Assembly: GCF_009914755.1 (NCBI RefSeq)
Contig: NC_060940.1
Strand: one strand, 5' to 3'
DNA length: 64,000 nucleotides
Source: the human T2T-CHM13v2.0 reference genome, Homo sapiens
Below, one piece after another: positions 1-14,089 of this stretch (positions are counted from its first letter, which is position 1; every line of letters begins with the position of its first letter). A program made the translations under genes and the position numbers. The notes beneath the pieces are model-generated. The model was not told the DNA's origin and did not search any database. It saw only the letters and a program-made list of their open reading frames with translations.

Positions 1-985
1 AAGTAGGATTTCAAATGGGACTCAAATTTTACTAATTTGCCAAGTAGTATTGATGGTAGTGCATCCACAAGAGTCTTAAGTTATTGTCGAAAATAGAAGT
101 GAAATTTGTACAGCTTTTCTAGTTACTATGCATAACAAATGTGAATGGGTAGGACTAGCTTAAAGGAATATAAAGTTGTAATGGACAATTTAGATTTCAG
201 ATTTATTACACACATGATAGAAAATGTGTTCTAAAACCTGGTACAAGAAAAATGACATCATTTCTTTGTTATAGAATTTAATCTCCTCTATATTCACACA
301 GAGCTACGTGAAGAGGGCACTGGCACCTCTCTCTCCCAAGGTACTGCCAGGCTCTGATTCTCTGTGTTAAATGAAGGTCAGGGAGGGTGAGTTGAAGAAT
401 GGTGGATTGGAAATGATCATAAACTTTCTCAGCAATGAAAATGTTGAGTCTGTATGCATTGCAGGGCTGAACATTTGTTGGAATTTCAGATGAAGTAAAA
501 GTAAATAAATAAAAAACATAAAAGTGCACAAATCTGTCAAAGTTATTTTTGTGCTTTCTGCATCTGGAAAACTTTCCCTGCATCCTTCCCATTTCACTAT
601 TTGGCCTTATTTATGAAATATTAACATATTCATTTAATGTGCAATCCCCAGACATATTTACACTCCCTACGTGGAAGCTTTTCTAGGACATGCATCTTGT
701 GTTAGTCATATTATTCATTTTTTTATTATTAGGGTATGCTGAATTCACACATGGTAGATGTTCAATAAATGTAGGCTAAATGGAACAAGAATGATGTTTA
801 TTGAATCCTTAACAAGTGTTATAAGAACATTTAGCACACAGAATACTCAAGTATGTCTTTCTATTAACAGTGATTAAGAAGGTCTTCTATAGAGGAATAA
901 GCTAAGTACCATGAAGAGCACTCAACAAAGTAAGACCACCCAACTATTCAATTAGAGATAGAGAATTTTTTTCTGAAATCTTTGA

Positions 986-1772
<787 letters not shown>

Positions 1773-3980
1773 GCTTAATCACATTTACTTTTTCTGGGGG
1801 GAAAATGATCTAATTTAATTAATTTTATTTAATGAGAACCAAAATATGAATCAGGGATTTTTTAAATGGTGTATAAATAATTAAAGTAAGAAGTCTTGTT
1901 AATGGAAAATCCCAACTATATGGATGCAAATAATAATTTGGAATTCAGGAGCAATCAGGGGAAATCTGCCAAGAGTTATTTTAGGGAAGAATAGCACACA
2001 TTTGATTCTGTGTGAAGCAGGATAACAAACAGCACTGCTGTTGATTGGAAAGATTTACAGAACCACTTAGAAAGTAAGAAGCTGCTTATTCTGAAAAAGT
2101 GAAGCAGAACAGTCAAGGAACTGTTGCAAAGGTATCCTTTTGCCTCTAAAGGCTGCTTAGGCTGATCTATATTCCTCATTCTTCTCTTCCCTCTTCCCTC
2201 CATCCCCCAAATGTTCCTGTAGTCCAGCTCACCAGAGTTTGGTTTTATAACCTCACCTGGGAAAACTGAGGAAGAAAGAAAAAAGAATAAAGTGAAAAAG
2301 CAGGATTTCAAGATGAAAATAAATGAAACTATAAAAGGACTCGAGGTGGTAGAGGAATAAAGTTTGAAATAAGATGACAGATTGTGAAACTCATCGCAGG
2401 TATTTGGCCTAAAAGCATAACGAACTCTAGTTCTGCCAGGCTTGTTTTATGACCAATGCATTTAAAAGGAAAAGTAAAAAAAAAAAATCAGCTATTAAAA
2501 TCAGGATTTTGAAGGGGAAGTAGTAATTGAAAAATGTGTCTTACATCACACCAAGTAAAAAGAAAAAATGTCAGACAATAAAATTGCAGCCACGCAAGTC
2601 ATCTAACAGTACTCAGATCATGCATATGTATTGACAGGGTTTGATAGGAGACATGTAAATTTAGAATGCTTACATTTGTTAAAGTAATGACATTATTATT
2701 GGAATGTTTTTTCATTATGATATTCATCAATGTCATAATGGAAGTTGTACAATAAATATGATGACTTTTAGCAGAAGAGAAAAGTCGCTGTTTCACCCTG
2801 TGTTCTCCCAGTAAGACAATTTGACGAACTTTCTTGGATTTCAAATATATACTTTGTAAATAATTATACATTTTATTTACTACCAAATGACTCAGAGTTC
2901 TTTTTAGGGTATAGCACAAAACAAAACAAGCATTTGGTGAATTCTTAGGATCTGATAGACACAATTGATTAGTTGGATCCATAGGAACATGTCAGAGTGA
3001 TTGCAATTTTCCCCATAGGCTTAACCTATTCCTACTGTGGCGATTTTCCAATTGTGCCAGTCAGATTTTTATAAAACAGAAATAAGATTTAAACTGATCT
3101 GATTTGCTATAACATTTACACAAAAGCCAACTTTGTGAAATTTATTTCTGAGATCTTTACATTTCATTCCACTGCTAATGTCAAGGATGCCATGAGTATA
3201 ACAAACTGTCCTATCAGTAGGAACTTTGTACCAAGAAAGTCTGTAGCTTAAGTGAGAGAAGACATCAGGTCCTCCATTAACTGAAGATATTGAGCAAACA
3301 AGTATTTAATATCTTCTCTGAGCAATTTTAAAATCAGTAAAACATATCTGTCCCATTTAGAACTCTAGATTGTGGTAAGAACCAAATGAGGCAATGAATG
3401 TAAAATGGATTTATAATTTTCAAAAGTTGATGCAGATAGTCTTGTTATTGTAATTGGCCAATAGTGATTTGTAATAACTGAATTACTCAAGTATGTTGTC
3501 TTCTGACCTTTTCATCCTCTGAATAAATTTTGTCACTAGAAAAGTAGTATTTGAAAAATGTCCCATAACCCTTGGAAAAAATATTATGTAGACTTCATCA
3601 TTTTATTTAGCATATAACATGTGCCTCATACTCTCACACAATTCAGAATAAAATATCATACATGTTGCATAACCATATATTTGAAGTTTATTTCAAAGTT
3701 AGTCAATAAATAACAAAAAGTTGATATTGATCGAGGATTTTAAGTATTCCAAGGTAAATATTTTACTGTATTTTATTCTGTTTTACTTTTATTATAACAC
3801 ATTTTAGCATTTTATAAAAAGAACAAGACATTAATAAAAGCACCTGAAAATTCTATGCGAACATTTTTAATTAAAATAACCAAGTATATAAGGTTTTTAT
3901 AAAATGATGAAATTACCTCCTTTAATAATCATGTAATATGTTATCTTTTTTAATCAAACTTTATAAAAGAGTCTTGGGAA

Positions 3981-4107
3981 AGATGGAAGGAGGGAAGGAG
4001 GGAAGGAAGGAAGGAAAGAGAGAAAGAGAAAGAGAAAAAGAGATGAGGGACAAGGAGGGGAGGGAAAGAGGGAGGGAAGGAAGGAGGGAAAGAGGGAGAG
4101 AAAAAAA
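3981..4107. repeat. GA-rich polypurine low-complexity tract
   Basis: GGAA/GGGA/GAGAAA units. Confidence 0.9.
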
Positions 4108-4183
4108 GTTATCCTGTTAGCACATCATAGAGAAGAATTCTTATGGTATAGAAATGTCCAATTTGGCAGATTCCACAGTTTTA

Positions 4184-4632
<449 letters not shown>

Positions 4633-4815
4633 TCCTGAAATAAAAGTGACCAGTCTTGATACAACTCACATGAGATTTAATTGGAAATTAGATAAAAGAA
4701 TCAGTAAAAGAGAAGAAACAGAAGAAGAGAAAACCATACAATACTTAAACTCATTCCATCTAAGGAGGTCACCCAATTTTAGGTTTGCTAGGACAGTGTC
4801 ATAGTTTACCATCAC

Positions 4816-5177
4816 TGGTATGGTTTGACTCTGTGTCCTAACCCAAATCTTATCTCAAGTTGTAATACCCACATGTCGGAGGAGGGACCTGGTGGGAGGT
4901 GACTGGATCACGGGGGTGAATTTCCCCCTTGCTGTTCTCATGATAGTGAGTGAGTTCTCACAAGATCTGATGGTTTAAAAGTGTGGCTCTGTCCTCATTG
5001 CTCTCTCTCTGTCTCCTGCCTCATGTAAGATGTGCCTGCTTCCCCTTCTGTTATGATTGTAAGTTTCCTGAGGCCTCCTCAGCCTTGCAGAACTGTGAGT
5101 CAATTAAACCTCTTTTCCTTATAAATTACTCCATTATCAGGCCATTCTTTATAGCAATGTGAAAATGGACTAATACA
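4816..5177 (+). mobile_element. MaLR solo LTR, THE1D-like
   Basis: tggtatggtttgactctgtgtcc...ggactaataca with perfect 5 bp TSD ATCAC. Confidence 0.9.
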
Positions 5178-6218
5178 ATCACCTACCTGAATTGAGTTTG
5201 ATATAATTTAGAAAACACAGAAAAATTTTCAAATTTTCCAATTTCCAAATGTGGGGAGGATTTAGGACCTTAGGATTCTAGTTTTCACACTGGAGTTTTT
5301 CAAACGTTCTCCTAATTTGAACTACCTTGTAATTTTTCTCTAAAAAGGCACTGTTCTAATGGGCACCAAGTATAGGTCACAATGGTTTATCTCGAGAATC
5401 TAATAGTCCAGATAATTTAGATTTCTCACTTTCTAGCTCTACTGAGGGAACATCTAACCTCTCTAAGCCTCAGTTCTGTAATTCAGAAGTGTTGATGCTA
5501 ATATCTACCTACTTTGCTCATTCGTTTGTTAATCTATTCATTCAACATTTACACAGCACCTACTGTGTTCCAGGCACTATCAATGCAACAAGGAAAGAAA
5601 ATAAATATTTTTTCTTTCATGTTTTAGATGAACACTTAGGATAAAGGATAATTTTTCCAGAAAATAAACTATTAAGTAACGTAAATATCAGAAAATTATA
5701 AGACATAATAATATAAAACATAATATTCTATTCTAAAGAAATGGTCTATTCCTTTAGACTATTTTAAAGACTTTTTTAATGAATTGTAATGCAAACTTTT
5801 TGAAGACCAACATCTCTGTCAGTTTATGCATGATACATTTAGCTGAGTTTTAATATTAAAACTTTTAGCAAATTTCTTTGAAATGTTATGTGGCATTAAT
5901 CCTCATCATCACTCACACTCAGAAAAGACTTATTCTGTGCCTGTCTCTTTATCTGGTTTACCTTGCTCAGTCTTCAGAGCAATACTACCAGAGGTCATAA
6001 TTTTTTCTCTATTTTTCAGATGAGGAAATATTAGTTTAGAAGATTATATTGTATGTCACAAAGCTAGGAAATGGTAGAGAATGGAATGTATACTGCCAGA
6101 TTCTACAGCTGATAATTTTGAAAAAAGAACTATTCCATTTATTTATGCATTTCAATGAGTTTTTTAATTGAATTCTTTCTTTTATAGTATGTTTGTTCTC
6201 TGTGAAGTGGGCTGTATC

Positions 6219-6419
6219 CAGTGGTGTGCTAATAAACTGGCTCTCCAACAACAACAACAAGAAGCACCAAATTATAATATTTGTTGATTTCTGTTGTTTA
6301 GACACTTCCTTATTAGCCAATCTCAAGCTATCTACAAGATGCCACTGAATGTGGAGCTGATAAGAAATGCACATAATGATCTCTTCCAAGCTGGTATAAC
6401 TAACTCTAGCATACCATTG
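6219..6419. mobile_element. MER63A (hAT-Blackjack MITE)
   Basis: TIRs cagtggtgtgct / agcataccattg; internal gccaatctcaagcta...cactgaatgtggagctgataagaaatgcac. Confidence 0.75.
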
Positions 6420-7882
6420 TCTGTGCTAGTAATCAGGTATTATATTACAGCTCCTTCCTAATAATACTGGAATTGGAATCTAAACATTTCTCCTTTACCA
6501 TCTAGCTCTAAGTTAGGGTTTGTGCATAGAAGGTATCTGATGGGCACAGTACTGAACTAAAGAGCAGGAGGATGGGGACACTCTCTCTGGTTCCAATATG
6601 CTTTCCTAACACAGGAGCCAGCAGATTGATAAGCAAAAGGTAGCAGCTATGACAGGAAGTTTCTTTACCACTTGGTGAGTGGTTTCTATAAACCAGCACT
6701 GACCCTTTCCCTTTGGGGCATTTCTTTGTCACCCCAGCAGCTCATATATTCCTGTGGCACCCTTATCCTCCTCAAGAAGAATGTCAGCCTTGGATGGCAG
6801 TGAGGGCAATATCTTCAAAATTCTTAGCTCTTGTTCACTTTTCCTCAGCCCACATGTATTTGCTGCTTTCTGCATTTGCAATTTCTGGACCTCTTAGAGT
6901 CTTTTAGTACTTAACCCTCTACTGAATTCATCACACCATCCCACAGTTTAAATTATTGCTGTGATTTCTTTCTCTTTTTCTGGACACTGATTGATACATG
7001 AACTTAAAATAACCAAACAAGCAAATGAAAAGCAGGATGCAAATCTTTCACCTTTGACTAAAAATATTCCTGTGTCACCTCTGAGGTCTAAGTGAAGCCT
7101 TCCTTTGTGCTCTGCATCATTCTCCAAACAACACGAGTAGTTAGATCTGGGATTAATAATAAAATAGCAATCAGAATAATACTAATAATGCTAATAGCAT
7201 GCAGTGTTTATTACATATGAAGAATGTGCCAGGATCTTTGCTGTGAAATAAATGATTCTAAAAGTCCTCCTTTGAAGTGTGTAGACATTTTAAAGATATA
7301 AAGATAAAGAAATTAAGGCCAAAAGACATGCAGTTAAAAGACAGGAGAGCCAGTGGCTCTAGAGTTTCCTCTCTTTACAGTTACACTCTGCTGCTTTAGC
7401 AAATGCTTTTCACCACAATTATTAAGATCTTAACTCTGAGGAAATATCTGCTAGAAAAAACAGAAAAGTGAATAATAACTTTAATTCCATTATGATTTAT
7501 TCTATTTTTTTTTTTTACTTTAGAAGTTGAGAAACTTCTGGAACTAAAAAAAATACAGCTGCTTTCTTAGTTTATTGTCACAAGTTCCACTTGAAGTAAT
7601 GTCTTAGAAACTAGCAAACCTGCTTTATTTTGTGAACCCTAGAATTTTCCCAGCTTATGCTAAGAATAAAAGAGCTGCCAAATTCATTAATTACCTTTAA
7701 TATTCAATTTTCCAGTATAATGAATTCCATCTTCACACATATCTGAGAAAATTACATTGGAAGGTTAATATATTGCCTTTTGCTGGGTTTCAGTGAATAC
7801 CTCACTGAAGGCAGAAGTCAGCCTGAAATCCTTGGCAGACTCACATTCATTCTTCTAGCCACCTGCATCAGGTGCCGACCAC

Positions 7883-7902
7883 ACTCATGCCTGGACATGC
7901 CC
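7883..7902. promoter_or_regulatory. Candidate p53/p63 response element
   Basis: ACTCATGCCT GGACATGCCC: two CATG half-sites with no spacer, the second a perfect RRRCWWGYYY. Confidence 0.35.
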
Positions 7903-8044
7903 TTGGCCCTGCCACTTTCATACCGTAACCTAAACGCATGATGCCAATGGCACAATATAGTTACTGCTTTAGACCTTGGCAGTAACTGCTGCTTTAGAGC
8001 TTGTTAGTATCAATGGTACTTATAAAATATATCATCTACTTCAC

Positions 8045-8666
8045 TCCATTCCCCATCCTCCTTGCACCTAAGCAGGGGCATGTGACTACTTATGGCGACT
8101 GGACTGTGGACAAAAACATTATTTTCAAAAAGAAGTACTGAAGAGTCACTCGTCGTTTTCCCTGCTGTGTGATCACAGAATATGCTGATGGCACAGCTAC
8201 AATAGGGCTTCTCAACTTTGATACTACTGACATCTAAAGCAGGTAATTCTGAGTTGAGGTTAGGCATGCGGGTGTCCTGTTCAATTTAGGAGGCTTAGCA
8301 GTATCTCTAGCCTACACCAACTAGAAGTCAGGGTTATCCTCTCCAGTTGTGACAACAAAAAATATATTTTGGCATTGCCAAATATTATCTGGGGGAGGAA
8401 ATTGCCCCAATTTGCAGTCCAGAGATCCATCGAGCTACAAGATAGTGAAGCCTCCATCAGCGTGGTTCTCTGACATGATAAATGGAGCTGAATATATCTG
8501 TCATCCATACTGTGTAACATAAGTGATGTTAGAACACACCCTCCCAACAAACATACACACAAATAAATACAAAAAAGGCAAAAACAAAAACGATAAAATT
8601 TTTTATATTAAGCCAATGAGATTTAGGAGTTGTTACTGCCATAAAGCCTATCCTGATTAATAAACA
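8045..8666 (+). mobile_element. Old MaLR LTR (MLT1J-like) interrupted by MER20
   Basis: cctccttgcacctaagcaggggcatgtgact... and terminal ttaagccaatgagatttaggagttgttactgcc...gcctatcctgattaata. Confidence 0.6.
8203..8432. mobile_element. MER20 (hAT-Charlie)
   Basis: gggcttctcaac...cagttgtgacaacaaaaaat...cattgccaaat...; perfect 8 bp TSD AGCTACAA (8195-8202 and 8433-8440). Confidence 0.85.
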
Positions 8667-8869
8667 CTCTATATGCACTTTTTCCAGACAAATTTATCAA
8701 TGTGTGTTGTTTCAATTATCCTCTGATGATTGATTTATTTTTAAATTTTATGCCCGATTTCTTTTCTAACATTCTTAAACGTTATCCATCTGCCACCCTG
8801 ACATCAACTAGTAGTGATAATAAAGGTACTATGAATGTGTATACTTTTTTCCATCTAATCCTTCTTTTC

Positions 8870-9650
8870 TGATACAAGCAAATTTGGAAAACTAGGAGTC
8901 ATCCTCATCCCCTCTCTTTGCCTCATCTGGCAGCTGGAGTTTACCTCATAAGTATCTGAAACTCTCATCTTCTTTTTCTATACCTTCTACTACCACTCTA
9001 ACACAAGCTATTATTACATCTGGTCTGAATCTCTTCAATAGCATCCTAACTCCTAGAATTAATTTCCGTATCATGTAATCTATTTTCCATAGAGCAGATA
9101 AAACAATCCTTTAAAAATGAAAGTCTGTCCGTACCATTTCTGTGAATATAACTCTCTAAATATTTATTTTTTTAATTGGTCTTAGACTAAAGACCAAAAT
9201 CCTTAACGTGAACTGTTATCTGGACAGTGTTATACTCTAGTTTCATTTCTCACCTGTGTTCATACAGGTCCCTAACATTTACCTTCAGGATTTATTTTAT
9301 ATACCAAAAGTTGCCATGAATTTTGTCACTTTAGGTCCTTGTGCAGGCTATTTTCTTTGTTAGGAATACCCTTACCCCAGCACACATTGCCTCACCAACC
9401 CCTATACATTTATCAGATCTCAGCTCCACTTTCACCTCTTCAGGGGTGTCTTCTCTGAAATTCTCAAGTCATCAGACTATGCAATGACTTCGTTCCTTCA
9501 AAGTAACGATTCCAGTATGATTATTTATTAACACCTGTTTTATCACTAGACCGTAAATTCTATGAAGAGGGGAACCCATTTCATTAGACATTTATTTAAT
9601 TTCCCAACACATGGTATAGCACCTAGATTACAACAGACTATAATATTTTT
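8870..9650 (+). mobile_element. L2 3' fragment
   Basis: ctaggagtcatcctca..., aatagcatcctaac, actagaccgtaaattctatgaagagggg and the L2 3'-end pattern. Confidence 0.65.
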
Positions 9651-9788
9651 GGAAGGATGGAAGGAAGGAAGGAAGGAAACGAGGAAGGGAGGGATGGAGG
9701 GAGGAAGGCAGAAAGGAAGGGAGGAAGGGAGGGAGAAAGGAAGGGAGGGAAGGAGAGAAGAAGGGAGGGAGAGAGAAAGAAAGGAAGT
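9651..9788. repeat. GGAA/GGGA polypurine tract
   Basis: (GGAA)5 at 9659-9678 followed by GA-rich units. Confidence 0.9.
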
Positions 9789-11357
9789 GACTTAAAAGGA
9801 CAATCAATATTTGAAGTTCTGTAAGGTAATAAAAAACAGATTTCAATCCATGTTTTCCTCTTTCACCTACAGAAAAAAGTAAAATTTTAATCAGTAAAGG
9901 ATTACTCATTACAAAATATGGTATGTTTAGTTAATGTTGGCTATCAAGGTAAATGTTACAGAATTATTTATAAATTTTTATATATAATTTTGCATTATAT
10001 ACTCAGATAATAAAGTATAATTCAGTTAATATATCATTAAAAATTCTTCCACTTTTATCAATGCATATTTCTTTTGAGTTTTCAGTTTTATTTGTGTGTA
10101 TGTGTATGTTATGTTGTGTGTATATCACCACCAGTATAAGCAATATGTTCATGCCGAGTGTATCTAACACTAGCAAGACAATACCAAATTAATTTCCCAT
10201 TGAAGTCACTGCATCTGTGTTTCAATTACTAAAATTCTAAATTTAGTGGAAAATGTAAGTATGCCTTCTTATTATCATTGCATTAGTATTTCTAGGAGAA
10301 ACAAGAATAACAACTAAAGTGGTTATTAGGGAAATGGTATTTCAGAGTGAATTTATGCTTACCAAATATAAGTGTCTTATTCAGATGGCATTTATATGAT
10401 TGGCTCTATTTTGGGTACAAGCCTTTCAAGATACGAATTTTCCCTTCAAACACAAATATACAGCCATAGCTTCCACTTAGAATCAATTCTTTTATTTTTA
10501 ACTAGGCCAGGAATTTCTTAGGGTTTAGTATTCAAGTCTTTTTAAGAAATATGCTAACTGTCTTCATCAGGATGTTTGTTTTAAATATGTATGAATGAAC
10601 ATACCTTTGGTTAACCCCACTGGTCTCACAGGGCTTCCTAAGATCCTTTCTACCCATCCCTCTGCACGCGGAAGACATGCCCTTCACCTAACCATCCAGC
10701 CTAACGAGCTAAGGTCACCAATGCTCTCTTTTCTACGATGCCCTCTGTTTTCAGCCCAATAAGTAATTTAGGTATTGATTTCAACTAAAATTTTCACCAG
10801 GACTTATAACGAGAGTACTTGAAAGTACATTCTTCTCTTAACTCTGCAACTAGTAATTTTGATCTTTTTATTCAGGATTAGGGAATTTCCAAATGATTTT
10901 GAAATGGAAAGTGAACCATATATGTAAATACAGACATTTGGGATGCTTACATTTTTTAGAAGTTCTTTTTTTATTAAGTAGTCTATTGCCTTTTGACTCT
11001 GCATATTATTGCAGAAGCCAGAATGGTATCTTGGGAGGTAATGCACTTCTCATTCTGTTTCCATCTTGCATTTTTTAAAATGCTTTTCCTCTGCTTCATC
11101 AGATTTTGCTACTACTGTATATTGTTGGAGAAGATAGCAACCTTGAGTGCCTCTTGCTAAACACATATACTCAGAGTTGAAAGGGTATTGACTTTAAAGC
11201 AATTCCATTAAATAAGTATGCAAGTTAATCATGAACTTGGATGTCTCCTAGTAAACAGATACTATTTTTTCTTATTTTAAAAATAACCAAACTTGCTTTG
11301 AATGCAAAATAGAGCCCAAAATCCTACATTTCACATGTTATATTATTCTGAATAAGT

Positions 11358-11366
11358 ATACACACA

Positions 11367-11405
<39 letters not shown>
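11358..11405. repeat. (CA)n microsatellite
   Basis: Direct reading. Confidence 0.95.
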
Positions 11406-11406
<1 letters not shown>

Positions 11407-12186
11407 AATAATGTATAATTTTTTACCAGCTTAATTGCTATTCATTATTTAGGTTTCAGCTCCAAGTGTGACTTTTCGAGAAAACTTCCCAGCTGCTACC
11501 ACCAAAATACAAGTGTATGTTAAGATCTGTTTGTTTGTTTTTTTGCCATGTGCACTCATAGAGTTGCTGTCTTGTGATTTCGAACATAATCTCAGTTTGT
11601 CTTTATACATTTATTCATGTGCCTATATTTCATTAATGTCCCTCACCTTCATTAGGGTGTTGCATGTGGACAGAAACTGTATCTTTGTTTTTGTCCCCAT
11701 TGTATTTCCAGAGCCAAGAAAAGGACCAGGCAAGTAGTGAGATTTGACTGACAGGTTTAAATAGATGGACAAATAAAGGAAGCATATGATTTTCAACAGA
11801 CGATAATTTGTCTTCTTGGTGATCCTTAAATTGGCACAAGTTGGTTTCTGTTTAAGTTCTGTTTTAATATTTGTTTAATAAGAACCATATAGATGACTGT
11901 CACTCTTTAAGAGAACAATCTTTTTGTTTACAAAAAAAAAACCCACAAACACCCTTTAGCCATTTTGAATGGTAACAGACTGTTAATCTAATCAGAATGC
12001 ATGCAACTGTGGCTTATAAGCAGCTCTTACATGGAAAGCTTATTTAAAGGGCAGGATCTGAGAAATAAAAATGGGGAAAATCACTGTTTGATTAGTATGA
12101 GAGTAACTCTGTGTTTATAGGCTTATTTGATTGTTGAGTTTCTTCTTTATTCTTTCTCCTAAGTCCATCCTCTCTCTGCCCCCCCA

Positions 12187-12188
<2 letters not shown>

Positions 12189-12219
<31 letters not shown>
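12189..12219. repeat. T31 homopolymer
   Basis: Direct reading. Confidence 0.95.
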
Positions 12220-12220
<1 letters not shown>

Positions 12221-12900
12221 GTATTTTCCAATCGTCCTTCAAGAGGAATCCTCTGATTTGAGAGGTAATAACCTCTGGAAACTGAGGTCTTGCTCACCTT
12301 CTGACCTTGTTTCCTTACAGATTTCTTTTTAGCAACAATACAGACCCTTTTAAGTAATTGATACCCTCAGTGTGGCTCTAAGTTTTCACTCGTTTAACTA
12401 AAAAGAACATAGGTGACTTTGAACATTTCTTCCAGCTCTGGTATTCTGGGCTATAGTTTTATGCAACATGGTGGCAAGTAGAAAGTCATGTGTAAGAAGA
12501 GTCTTAATACAATACAACTCCACTGTAAATTTACAGCAGCTTACATTTATTCAGCAAATATTTATTGAAAACCTACAATGTTCTAGGCATTGTGCTAGGC
12601 ATGTCTGGCAAAAACCAAAGGAGAGAATACAGGTAAGAGAATGAGTTAGTCAGAATTAAATAATTTCATCATGGTCAAAGTGTTTGTGATGGTGGTAGGA
12701 TACAAACTCACATCTGAGACATGGAAGATTTTGTTGACATCTCAAGCTTTTTCTATGTTCAAGTCCCATTTGCCCCAATAAATTTGTTGAATTGTGCTCC
12801 CTCTTTACTAGGAAGTCTGGCTGTCCTCATAGATGACAAGAGATTAGCATTCAGTACTTCTGGTATTGTTTCTGAGAATTCTGAGAATTTAGATACTGCC

Positions 12901-13185
12901 TGGTATGGTTTGGCTGTGTCCCCACCCAAATCTCATCTTAAATTATAGCTCTCATAATTCCCGCATGTCATGGGAGGGACCTGGTGGAAGGTAATTGAAT
13001 CACGGTGGCAGGTCTTTCGTGTTCTGTTCACCATGGAAGACATGACTTTGCTCCTCCTGTACCTTCCACCATGATTGTGAGGCCTCCCCAGCCACATGGA
13101 ACTGGGCATCCATTAAACCTTTTTTCTTTATACATTACCCAGTCTTGGGCATGTCTTTACTAGCACGTGAGAACAGACTGACACA
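12901..13185 (+). mobile_element. THE1B-like solo LTR with internal deletion
   Basis: tggtatggtttggctgtgtccccacccaaatctcatc...gagaacagactgacaca; TSD CTGCC on both sides. Confidence 0.9.
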
Positions 13186-13740
13186 CTGCCTTCTTTATCA
13201 TTTTGGAAGCATTCATGGCTAAGAAATGTTAGGCTTATCATAGATTCAGCATAGCAGAGAGTAAAAAGAGAAACATACGAAGAAACAAATAAAATCATAA
13301 AGCTTTAAATAAAATGCTGATTTAGTATCAGTTCAATATGATCAAAATACTTGACCTCATATGTGAGTTTCCCATTATACAAATGCAAAATGGTCAGACG
13401 TAGAATTTTTAAGGGTTGAATGCGTAGAATATGTGGAGCACATTAGACTTTTATGTGGAGGTAACTAAGAACCAGAGTGCTAACTTCCAAAGCACTAAAT
13501 GCAAGAGTGGGTCAGACTTTCTCTTACTTAGATTTTTGGCAAGGTCTGAAGATGAACATTTGTTTGAGGGGTATTGTTTAAAATAGTAAATTTTTTTTAA
13601 AAAAGTTGGCTAGCTTTGGGCAGGATAAAGGCAGCAAAGTGAGAGAGTAGAAGAAAAAAGAGTGTGTAAAAAGCAAGTGGGATCCACACTAGTTCACCCA
13701 TAAGATTTGATGCTGTCCTGAGAGGCAAAAAGCTTCCCAT

Positions 13741-14089
13741 TATTGCAGGACTTTCACCTTAGTTCAGCCAAAAACGGGGTCCTCGTCACATGACCAGAAA
13801 AGATTGGGCTTGTGGAAACATAGAAGTGTGAGAAAAATGGAAATTATTGTGTGAAAATGAAAAGAACTCAGCAAAGCAAGAGAGACTCCTGTTAACAGGC
13901 CCCCATCTCACAGATTGAATTTCAGATTACCACCCCAGAACAGGAGAAGCCAGATTCCTCCCCCATGCAAAATGGCTTCCCCCTTGCAAAATGGCATGAA
14001 CTTCCGTGGCTCCACGCCAGGGAGCACTCCTCCCAGTGGACAGGCCAGTGGAAGGTTCTCCAGGGACCCCTTTATACTTAGTTGTCTCA
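13741..14089. mobile_element. MER48 solo LTR (ERV1)
   Basis: tattgcaggactttcaccttagttcagc...ctccagggacccctttatacttagttgtctca; 4 bp TSD CCAT. Confidence 0.8.

Noticed and set aside
281-346. Possible 39 nt micro-exon (cacag|agctac...cccaag|gtactg)
   Set aside because: Donor is mediocre and there is no partner exon; such sites are expected by chance
9562-9909. ORFs rich in E/G/R/K or P/S/F/L (also 3938-4120)
   Set aside because: Translations of GA-rich simple repeats
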